A stretch of 14,401 bases of DNA from an uncultured archaeon (GCA_902384455.1 CABMCB010000061.1:1-14401), one strand, 5' to 3'. Positions 7,123 to 14,280 are shown, numbered from the stretch's first letter. Made by a program: numbers and translations. Notes: generated from the letters alone by a model not told the origin.

Positions 7123-7740
7123 ATGAACCTCGTAAAGATTTCGCCCACGGTTACAGCCGCGCAGCGATACGACCCGCGTTTCACCAAATTGCTGAAGCAA
7201 AGTGAAGCATTCTTCAATTGCCGCAAGCCCTGTTGCTTTGGCGAGAAGTTCCGCGCAATGCTTTGCCTTCACGAAGGAGCCCATGCGTATTTCGCACGAA
7301 AGGCGGGAGCGACCAATATCGTATTTCATGGCCCGGAAATGTTCTGGGACTCACGGCCAGAGTACAATCGCCCTGCAATTTCAAAATCCAGCGTGAGCTG
7401 GGATGAGCCTGTTGGCGGCTTCACTGGCGAAACCGCGAAAGCGGATTTGGCTGGCTTCATTTGTCGTCGAGAGATGACCGACAGCCCCAACGACGAAATC
7501 GCGATTAGTTCGGACATCGCAACTTGCCGAGGACGTTTTGACCGCTACATCGGCACTGGCGACGAGGCTTTCAAGAAGCTCCTGAAAGACGTGGAGGCGG
7601 CTTTGTTGGTGGACTTGAAGTCGCCGTCTATTCGGGCGGAAATTTGGGCGGAAGCAAAGCGATTTGAAAAGCAAATATTTCCAGCCCCTAAGTTAACGTC
7701 GGACATGCTGAGAGCGAAGCGACTCGGCTGGATGCCGTGA
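7123..7740 (+). CDS. Stand-alone M41/FtsH-protease-like zinc metallopeptidase
   Basis: HExxH as LHEGAHA (compare FtsH HEAGHA), downstream DLAG, and ISSDI (compare FtsH GASxD third ligand). No AAA or TM domains. Confidence 0.65.
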   Translation: MNLVKISPTVTAAQRYDPRFTKLLKQSEAFFNCRKPCCFGEKFRAMLCLHEGAHAYFARKAGATNIVFHGPEMFWDSRPEYNRPAISKSSVSWDEPVGGFTGETAKADLAGFICRREMTDSPNDEIAISSDIATCRGRFDRYIGTGDEAFKKLLKDVEAALLVDLKSPSIRAEIWAEAKRFEKQIFPAPKLTSDMLRAKRLGWMP

Positions 7741-7891
7741 GAGAAAATAGCACAGCCCTGATTCGAGCCTCGAAGTGAGTCTGTATTGGCCTTCACCTTT
7801 AGTGAAGTAATTATTTCGACATACCTGTACCTCGCCCCGATGGTGCTGTCGGCGTTACGACGGAAACTGGGAGTCACACCGGAGGCACGCT

Positions 7892-8071
7892 ATGACAAGA
7901 CGCCGAACTACGGTTACCGTAAGCGAAGACGATAATCCGTCTCGGCGACGCTCAAAGAAGAAATCCAGTGCGGTTTTGGTCGCTATCATACTTGTGCTGT
8001 TGGGCCTAATCGTAGCCAGTCGGAACCAACGGCAAGTCGTCCATTCTCAATCAGTGTCGGGGCGTCGGTAA
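7892..8071 (+). CDS. 59-aa single-pass membrane peptide; not in the ORF track
   Basis: SD GGAGG 6 nt before the ATG. Translates MTRRRTTVTVSEDDNPSRRRSKKKSSAVLVAIILVLLGLIVASRNQRQVVHSQSVSGRR*: a basic patch followed by a ~16-aa hydrophobic stretch. Confidence 0.65.
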   Translation: MTRRRTTVTVSEDDNPSRRRSKKKSSAVLVAIILVLLGLIVASRNQRQVVHSQSVSGRR

Positions 8072-8120
8072 GATTTCAGTGTCTGCAATATGCTGATAGG
8101 CAACGAGATGCCAAATCTAC

Positions 8121-8149
8121 TTGACAAACTTAGACGCTAAGTTTATTCT
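8121..8149 (+). promoter_or_regulatory. Sigma70-type promoter TTGACA-17-TATTCT with a perfect palindromic operator
   Basis: -35 at 8121-8126 and -10 at 8144-8149; AAACTTAG-ACG-CTAAGTTT (8126-8144) fills the spacer; 23 nt upstream of the ATG at 8173. Confidence 0.75.
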
Positions 8150-8172
8150 TTTCTTGAAGTTGGTACACGAAC

Positions 8173-8322
8173 ATGGCAAAACCTATTGAAGCAACACCCA
8201 TTCTGAAGGGCAAGGATGCGCGGGCACTTCTTGCGCGGTTGAATTCCGCCGTGATGACGCCGGAGCGGATGCAGTATCTTGAGTCGCTGGCTGCGGAAAG
8301 TAAGCGCAGCGAGAAAAAGTAA
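8173..8322 (+). CDS. 49-aa putative antitoxin of the GNAT toxin; not in the ORF track
   Basis: Translates MAKPIEATPILKGKDARALLARLNSAVMTPERMQYLESLAAESKRSEKK*. I recognise the MAxPIxxTPxLxGxDA start from small proteins that precede GNAT toxins. Ends 16 nt upstream of the GNAT start. Confidence 0.75.
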   Translation: MAKPIEATPILKGKDARALLARLNSAVMTPERMQYLESLAAESKRSEKK

Positions 8323-8338
8323 ATCTCTTTGGCAGTTC

Positions 8339-8872
8339 ATGCCTTTCCAGCCCCCTGCTGACCTCACAATCACAGATGCTGACCACGAAACGCAGGATAT
8401 AGCTTCGTTCACGTGTGGCGACGCGGATTTAGAAGATTTCATCAAGACTGAGTGTATCGCGTGGGGGCAACAGAGGCTTTCTGTAACCAAAATCGCCCTG
8501 CTAGACACCGCCGTGGTTGGGTATATAGCGCTGGCCGCTGACTCTATACCGCTGGAGTTAAAAGAGCGCGGGTGGCTACCTAGTGGCGTAACGACTCAGC
8601 ATATACCCGCACTGAAAGTGGGCCGACTCGCAGTTCATTCGGGTCATAGAGATGCGGACATCGGTACTGCCCTAATGCGCTACGCGCTCGGGGTGGCTTT
8701 TCGACTTAGCACTGACCTTCACGTCGGTTGTAGATGTCTCACTGTGGATGCGTATCCGGCGTCAGTTAAATTTTATGAAAAACTCGGATTCGTGAAAAGC
8801 GAGCATCGGTGGTTCAAGAAGCGGACCAACGCAGCTATGTACTATGACATTGTCGGCGGTCAGCCTTTTTGA
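8339..8872 (+). CDS. GNAT-family acetyltransferase, AtaT/TacT-like TA toxin (177 aa)
   Basis: Motifs FTCGDADLEDFIK, VVGYIAL, IPALKVGRLAV, IGTALM and VGCRCLTVDAYPASVKFYEKLGF are typical of aminoacyl-tRNA-acetylating GNAT toxins; start reassigned to the ATG at 8339. Confidence 0.88.
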   Translation: MPFQPPADLTITDADHETQDIASFTCGDADLEDFIKTECIAWGQQRLSVTKIALLDTAVVGYIALAADSIPLELKERGWLPSGVTTQHIPALKVGRLAVHSGHRDADIGTALMRYALGVAFRLSTDLHVGCRCLTVDAYPASVKFYEKLGFVKSEHRWFKKRTNAAMYYDIVGGQPF

Positions 8873-8879
8873 AGAGCAG

Positions 8880-9410
8880 CCGTCGTCGATTCTCTACTTG
8901 AGTCCCGTTTCTCCGACTTGAGGTCTCTACCTTGCATACCGAACAATCTTCGAGGTACTCTTTGACTGCGGTCGCCAGCAAATTCCGAGTGACCGCAACC
9001 AGTCAAATCTTTGACAATAGGTAATGGGGGCGACCCGACTTGAACGGGCATACTCTCGCTTAGCAGGTGAGCGCTCTATCCAGTTGAGCTACGCCCCCAT
9101 TGTCTAACCTCACGGTCTTTCGACCGAGCGTTAACGACTCTTCCCTTCAAATTTTCTTGTAACTCGGCATCAACCTGAAGGACGAGGAAGGTCATTCTGG
9201 TTTTTGCCGCAACTCCAAATACACTTTGAAAAAGCTAGGCTGCTTGATTTGCAGCCCTACTTTCTCAAAACGCGCGCTCATCTAAGCGCACGCTCTCGCT
9301 AGGTTTTTCGGTTAAAACCCGGGCCGGTTTCGTGGGTCTTGTCGCACGAACCCACCGCGAGAAGGTCTCGACGGGTCCGCCTGGCGCTTCCACGTTCCCC
9401 CGAATCTGTG
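8880..9410 (-). ncRNA. Putative large structured ncRNA containing a tRNA-like domain (boundaries approximate)
   Basis: No credible CDS. Consecutive stem-loops at 9358-9370, 9326-9352, 9302-9319, ~9270-9293, 9225-9269, 9136-9193, 9105-9133 (GAAA tetraloop on the minus strand), the tRNA, and 8961-9007. Several stems close with G-U pairs only on the minus strand. A promoter lies upstream. Confidence 0.55.
9025..9098 (-). tRNA. Non-canonical tRNA, anticodon GCT (nominally Ser) but class-I, Arg-like body; no encoded CCA
   Basis: GGGGGCG TA GCTC AACTGGATA GAGC G CTCAC CTGCTAA GCGAG AGTAT GCCCG TTCAAGT CGGGT CGCCCCC A. Perfect 7-bp acceptor stem, D-arm with G18G19, TTC loop, A15:U48, one A-C mismatch in the anticodon stem, 5-nt variable loop. 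Confidence 0.85.
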
Positions 9411-9414
9411 GAAA

Positions 9415-9443
9415 AGTATCGGCGGATGCAAATTTCCTGTCAA
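9415..9443 (-). promoter_or_regulatory. Sigma70-type promoter TTGACA-17-GATACT driving the ncRNA/tRNA transcript
   Basis: -35 TTGACA at 9443-9438, 17-bp spacer, -10 GATACT at 9420-9415; predicted start near 9408. Confidence 0.6.
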
Positions 9444-9489
9444 GATAAAAACGCAAACTGTGGATGTGTTTTTCGTACTGCACCTACAT

Positions 9490-9714
9490 CTAGTGGCTCG
9501 TTTTCTTATCGCCTACTCCGCAGTCTAACCGGGTCTCTACCAACCATCGGCCAGAGCCCGACCAAACCTCAATTATCCGTCGTGGGTCAAACCACCAAAA
9601 CTGCCATGCGCTTCTCGTCGCCTGTCTCGCTGCATCGAATAGGCTAGCCGCTTCGCATGAATACTCGTGTTTCGAGTTGTCCTGCCCGGTAAGAACTACT
9701 GTGACGCGCCGCAT
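9490..9714 (-). CDS. Small hypothetical protein (74 aa)
   Basis: SD CAGGAG. The pattern MRRVTV..G.D..KH....EAASLFDAA resembles small conserved proteins I associate with acidobacterial mobile regions. Confidence 0.65.
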   Translation of the reverse strand: MRRVTVVLTGQDNSKHEYSCEAASLFDAARQATRSAWQFWWFDPRRIIEVWSGSGRWLVETRLDCGVGDKKTSH

Positions 9715-9823
9715 GCGTGCTCCTGCGGCAGAGGAGGGAACTGAATTCTATCAAATCTTCTTCGCGGAAAGTTCAAGCCCGACGGATTTCACTGTCGTCG
9801 CCGGAGTGTCCTAAAATGGCGAT

Positions 9824-10885
9824 ATGGCAATCGGTTCACATACCATTCCCGCATTTTATCTCGCTCAGTTCGCCGAACCGAGCGGTGAGGACACGCGTAA
9901 ATGGACTCTGTGCGTGTACCAGAAAAACAAAAGACCGCGAATTAGTTCGACTGAGCGTCAAGGGTTTGAGAACGGATACTTCGGTCCGATTCGGGATGAC
10001 GGGAAAATTGATACGGATTCGGAAATCTCACTCGAACAATCGCTCAGGGATATTGAGAAGCGCTCTCAAGAAATGTTGGTTTGCGCCCGAAGTCCAGTAG
10101 CGGATTTAACGTCAAATCAAAATCGGAACAAACTGGCTTTCTACATGGGCCTGCTATTTGCGAGGGCCACGTCGAGGCAACGATTTTCGCGCGGCAATTC
10201 AGCCAAGCTGAAAGTAACGCTTGAAGAACTGATGCAAAATGAAGCATTTGTTCGCGACCTAGCAGATTTTTACAACAACAAACGCGGGGTTCCAACTACA
10301 CGGGAAGAGGCGATAGAGAGTCTTCGCAGTCAAGCGGATAGCCTCGTTGACCGAAAGTCTGTGCACAACGCATTTATCAGAGACCTTCAGACTCACGCAA
10401 ACCAGTGCGGGAGCTTGCTTTTCGAGAAATCATGGCAAGTCTGGGCAGCCCCGCAAGGAGTCGGCTTCATCACATCCGACAATCCAATCGTGAGTTTTGT
10501 CGAACTACAGCCCGGACTTTGGCATCCAGGCTACGGGTTTGGAAGGCCAAATGCGATAGTCGCCTTCCCGCTGTGTTCATCCGCGTGCCTGATGATGGGA
10601 ATTACGGGTCCAGAATATCGAGATGTGACAGTGGATGACGTAATTAGAGTGAACGAGACCGTAATCCGTTGCAGTCACAAGTTCGTGTATTCCCGAACTC
10701 ACGACGACCAGCTCAACACTCTGATTCAACAAATTGGGGGAACCTGTATCGCCGGAGTAAACGCGTTCGTTGGTCAATTTCCGAATTCAACGACACTAGA
10801 AGATTACCTGCGGAAGAAACTTGGCATGAGGCCACGCATCTTACTTTCGGAGCCTTCACAACCACAGTTTTCTAATTTCACCTAG
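9824..10885 (+). CDS. DUF4238-family protein
   Basis: N-terminal SHTIPAFYLAQF (HxxPxxYLxxF) and internal FITSDNP followed by FPL are the motifs of DUF4238. Confidence 0.85.
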   Translation: MAIGSHTIPAFYLAQFAEPSGEDTRKWTLCVYQKNKRPRISSTERQGFENGYFGPIRDDGKIDTDSEISLEQSLRDIEKRSQEMLVCARSPVADLTSNQNRNKLAFYMGLLFARATSRQRFSRGNSAKLKVTLEELMQNEAFVRDLADFYNNKRGVPTTREEAIESLRSQADSLVDRKSVHNAFIRDLQTHANQCGSLLFEKSWQVWAAPQGVGFITSDNPIVSFVELQPGLWHPGYGFGRPNAIVAFPLCSSACLMMGITGPEYRDVTVDDVIRVNETVIRCSHKFVYSRTHDDQLNTLIQQIGGTCIAGVNAFVGQFPNSTTLEDYLRKKLGMRPRILLSEPSQPQFSNFT

Positions 10886-10941
10886 ATTTAGATGCCGGAC
10901 GCTCGTTCCTCGGCGTGTCCTAATGAGGTAAGATATCTTGA

Positions 10942-11751
10942 ATGGAACTCCCCGACTTTTTGGAACAAACTGAAAAGCCTTCTGGCTCTGTTCACAGCAA
11001 AATACAATCAGCCGCCGCGGTTGTTACCTGCATTGCTGCCGTGGCTGCCGCCATCTCGGCATCCAAAGACAGAACCATCGCCTGGATACTCATAGCAATT
11101 TGTGCGGTCGCAGTCTTAGTGATGTTGTTCCCTTTTATCCAGAGCACGGTAGCGTCTGCAAAGAAGCGAAAAAGGCAGGCGGCAAAGAATGTGGCTGCGA
11201 AGTCGAAATACTCGGAACTCGTAAGTTTGGCAAAGCGATTTGGAACATTCACGAATACTGGCGACCCATCCAACATCTTGCTCATCATTCAGAATTCCTG
11301 TGCAAATGACACAGATAAATATTCCGAAATTTGCCCGCCTGACTACATGAAGGATGTATTCCCGATATTTCTTCAGCACTTAGAGACGAGGCCACCAGAA
11401 AACGAAGCTCAATTCCTGTTGAGTATTCAGGAGTTGTACGCGTTGGTAGCGTCTTACACCCGAGAGTATGTCTCGGAGCCGTTTCGAAAAATGCGTCTGA
11501 AGAAGTGGCCATTGCAAAATCCGTCCGTTCTCCATGAGGCCATGGGAACAGCGAATCCGTCGAATCCCAAGCTCGGCCCGTGGCTCTATAGCTTGCCTCC
11601 CCACTATCGGGAGTCTGCTGAAGCTCAAATCGAGGATTTTCGTGAACGGTGGGCAAGCTTTCAAGACGACATGAAGAAATGGATGGTTGGTATAAACGAA
11701 TCCTTTGGAACAACTCTTCATACCTATTTTGAGCGCCCCAAGAAACTGTAG
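10942..11751 (+). CDS. Hypothetical protein with two N-terminal transmembrane helices
   Basis: Hydrophobic AAAVVTCIAAVAAAIS and IAWILIAICAVAVLVMLFPFI, then a basic stretch and a soluble domain; SD GAGGT. Confidence 0.75.
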   Translation: MELPDFLEQTEKPSGSVHSKIQSAAAVVTCIAAVAAAISASKDRTIAWILIAICAVAVLVMLFPFIQSTVASAKKRKRQAAKNVAAKSKYSELVSLAKRFGTFTNTGDPSNILLIIQNSCANDTDKYSEICPPDYMKDVFPIFLQHLETRPPENEAQFLLSIQELYALVASYTREYVSEPFRKMRLKKWPLQNPSVLHEAMGTANPSNPKLGPWLYSLPPHYRESAEAQIEDFRERWASFQDDMKKWMVGINESFGTTLHTYFERPKKL

Positions 11752-11890
11752 GTTTGGGCACAGTGGGTTTCACGCCGCCATCGCTTCTGTGATGAACGAA
11801 TTCGCAATGGACCAGGATACGGCCAGATATTGGGTAGCGACGGCGGCGGAGCGGTCATGAAGGGTCGCTTTTGTGGTAAATTTCGCTTAG

Positions 11891-12622
11891 ATGCCAATAC
11901 GTTTTTCGAATTTCTCTCTTTCCAAACTGGACATCTCTAGACTCGCGTTGATATGCCGTACGGCTGTCAGACGTTTACGACGAAGAACTCGTCAGCAGAC
12001 ACTCAGATTCTCTCTCATCGCGACGACTCGTATTCGTCACTGGCGTGTATGGTTGTATGTGAAGGTATCGAAGGCGCGCCTATTCGCATGGGCTCTGGTC
12101 CCCACTCTACTCGTGCTCGCGATTGGCGGGACCGTGTTCCGCCATCGGTTTCAATGGCAGACAGCTAGCGAAACCCTTGCCAACAAAGGCATTCTGTCGC
12201 AGTTGGAGATTGCGGTAGGTGCCGCCATGCTTGGTGTAATCGGCATTGTGTTTTCGCTTAGTATTTTTTCAATCCAGCAGGTTTCCGAAAGAGGCACAAC
12301 ACTTACTCTACGAGAGTATGCGCGCGATTGGGTTTTCCAGGTTGTGTACTGGACTCTTGCATTGTTCGCATCGTTAGCGATGCTGAGCTCCTTGCGGAAA
12401 AATGAGTCTGGTCTATTTCGGGCATGCCTAACTTTCGGTATTTTGGGTGGGAGTTTTCTGATTCTCAAGGTTTATTTCGACCGCACCATGAAGTTTCTTG
12501 ACCCGCATTTCACGATTGCGAAGGTCGCGAAGAGAGCGGAAAAACAGCTTAAACAAATTCAACGTCTTGAGCACGTTGTTCAGAGCGAAATTCGTCATCA
12601 GCGGAGCAGGAGACGTAGATGA
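11891..12622 (+). CDS. Multi-pass membrane protein, DUF2254-like N-terminal domain
   Basis: About four TM helices; GAAMLGVIGIVFSLSIFSIQQVSERG...REYARD resembles DUF2254; the true start may be downstream of 11891. Confidence 0.65.
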   Translation: MPIRFSNFSLSKLDISRLALICRTAVRRLRRRTRQQTLRFSLIATTRIRHWRVWLYVKVSKARLFAWALVPTLLVLAIGGTVFRHRFQWQTASETLANKGILSQLEIAVGAAMLGVIGIVFSLSIFSIQQVSERGTTLTLREYARDWVFQVVYWTLALFASLAMLSSLRKNESGLFRACLTFGILGGSFLILKVYFDRTMKFLDPHFTIAKVAKRAEKQLKQIQRLEHVVQSEIRHQRSRRRR

Positions 12623-14280
12623 GCGCCGCACGACAAATGAGATGGAAGGATTTTCGTTTTCATTTTTTTGACCGGAATCCCCAACTCTTTGCGGCATTTG
12701 AGCTATCGCTCGAAGAACTACAAACGATGGTTTTCGATTTCTCAAATCGAAAAAAATATGACCTAAGCCAACACGCTCTCAACGAGCTCCACAAACTTTT
12801 ATCAGCTTACATAATCGCACGTAGCGACTCTCTTCGAATACCTTCCGCTACGATGGCAGTATTCTTGCCATCCGAGAGAAGATTTGATTCCGTCCTTACG
12901 CGGCAGTTGGAGCGGTTGAAGGCCCACGCGACGCGAGGTGTTTCCAACTCAGACCAGGAATTTGTTAAAGAAGTTGTATCAACCCTTGGGGGTCTCAGCC
13001 TCACCTCTTTGAAATCACGCTCGTACTTTGACAGGGCTGGCGAGAATTCAGTTGCCACGCTCATCGCTGGTTATCTAAATGGAAGTATTCAGGAGGCTGC
13101 AGTACGTAAGCTCGATGATGTCGCATTGGATGGTGCAGACCATCTAAGGGATTTGTGCAAAGCCTTAATTGAGAATGCGCTTTACTCGGCTGCAATAGGT
13201 GTAGCTAACGACCTGGAAAAGCTAGCGACGATGAGTATTCTCAGCACGAACGATATCGTCTTGAACGCTGCGGTTCGTGCCTTGGCGGATTGTTTGTTGC
13301 ACAACTGCATTCACGGCCACGCTGGGACCCACGTCGGCACACATCTGCTTGAAAGTCTGTTTCGTATTACAGGTGAGCGCCTTGCAAGCCCTCTTAGTCT
13401 CGATATGACCAAGGTGTCTTACTCTATTGGCCCGTTCGTCAGTCCGACAGAGCATTCGAGCTTCGCTGCTATAAACATAGGTATGGTGAATGGAATCGCT
13501 GAATTCTCTCGGTCCGGCCAGCATGAGGATGCAACCCGATTGATGTCCCTGTATGAGGAGTTACATAAAAGAAGCTGGCTCGATTTTGCTGAACTTGGTA
13601 TCGAAGCGGTAAAGAAGAATTCTTTCCTGCTGCACTACATTAACAGCAGTATCGAAGAGACCGTTAAGGCGCATTTTTGGTTGTTGCACGCTTTGAAAGA
13701 CCTCCCACGAATAGAGGAAAGGGGCCCGGGAACCGTCAGTGCTCAGTATTACCGGGATAGATTTCGCGACGAACTAGAAAGCAAAATCCGATGGGAAACA
13801 ACTGGTGTGTATTCACGAATCATTCCGGCGATGTTTGAGCACAAACAACTTAGCTACCTCAATGACACGGTCGAAATGCAGGTTCTCTTTGCGTTTTGGG
13901 CGATGCGCGCTCACGTGGAAAATGTGGCTGGTGAGGCTTCGAGCAGAATTTTCAAAGCATGTGAGCGACTGCAAGACCCACAGTACAAAGATTTCTACGG
14001 TTCAGCGCGGCTTGCCATTCACATCGCGCAAATTGGAATCTACGCCATTGCAGTAGATGACCAGCAAATATATAAAACCGCAACGGAACAATACAGCACG
14101 TTGAGACGAACTTTCCTAGAGCGATACCCGGACACGCGCTTTGTGGGTGACTTTGAATCTGCGAAGCGTGAGCTCCTTGAGGACAGATGGAGGGGGCCAC
14201 ATTTTGACGAGCATGAGAGAGAGTTTTTCTCGACTGTCGCTCCCGAGCAGATAGAGAATTTTTTCAGTAACTTGGAATGA
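12619..14280 (+). CDS. Large all-helical hypothetical protein (553 aa), probable cytoplasmic partner of the upstream membrane protein
   Basis: ATGA overlap with the upstream stop; SD AGGAG; amphipathic helical composition; no catalytic motif recognised. Confidence 0.75.
   Translation: MSAARQMRWKDFRFHFFDRNPQLFAAFELSLEELQTMVFDFSNRKKYDLSQHALNELHKLLSAYIIARSDSLRIPSATMAVFLPSERRFDSVLTRQLERLKAHATRGVSNSDQEFVKEVVSTLGGLSLTSLKSRSYFDRAGENSVATLIAGYLNGSIQEAAVRKLDDVALDGADHLRDLCKALIENALYSAAIGVANDLEKLATMSILSTNDIVLNAAVRALADCLLHNCIHGHAGTHVGTHLLESLFRITGERLASPLSLDMTKVSYSIGPFVSPTEHSSFAAINIGMVNGIAEFSRSGQHEDATRLMSLYEELHKRSWLDFAELGIEAVKKNSFLLHYINSSIEETVKAHFWLLHALKDLPRIEERGPGTVSAQYYRDRFRDELESKIRWETTGVYSRIIPAMFEHKQLSYLNDTVEMQVLFAFWAMRAHVENVAGEASSRIFKACERLQDPQYKDFYGSARLAIHIAQIGIYAIAVDDQQIYKTATEQYSTLRRTFLERYPDTRFVGDFESAKRELLEDRWRGPHFDEHEREFFSTVAPEQIENFFSNLE

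Larger units (their letters stand above)
1..9714. mobile_element. Putative integrated satellite-like or plasmid-like element (ends not defined)
   Basis: A replication helicase, a repeat-rich ori-like block, a tyrosine recombinase, a compact operon of unknown genes with a collagen fibre, and a TA module occur together. No housekeeping genes. No att duplication found in the window. Confidence 0.55.

Noticed and set aside
3131-7740. Conventional tailed prophage structural module
   Set aside because: No recognisable terminase, portal, major capsid, tape measure or lysin motifs.
9011-9040. Plus-strand promoter from TTGACA at 9011-9016
   Set aside because: No -10-like hexamer at 16-18 bp; the sequence there is the GC-rich tRNA stem.
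9025-9098. Ordinary tRNA-Ser(GCT) serving as the integration site
   Set aside because: It lacks the Ser variable arm. No duplicated 3' fragment is visible in the window apart from a 9-bp CCGACTTGA match near 8913, which is too short. An att copy outside the window cannot be excluded.
8880-9410. tmRNA or T-box leader
   Set aside because: The cloverleaf is contiguous with a full anticodon arm and has G3:C70 rather than G3:U70. I found no tag ORF and no T-box UGGNACC motif.
9265-9647. ORFs 9265-9483 (-) and 9339-9647 (+)
   Set aside because: They have no recognisable motifs and overlap the promoter, the stem-loops and the better-supported 9490-9714 gene.
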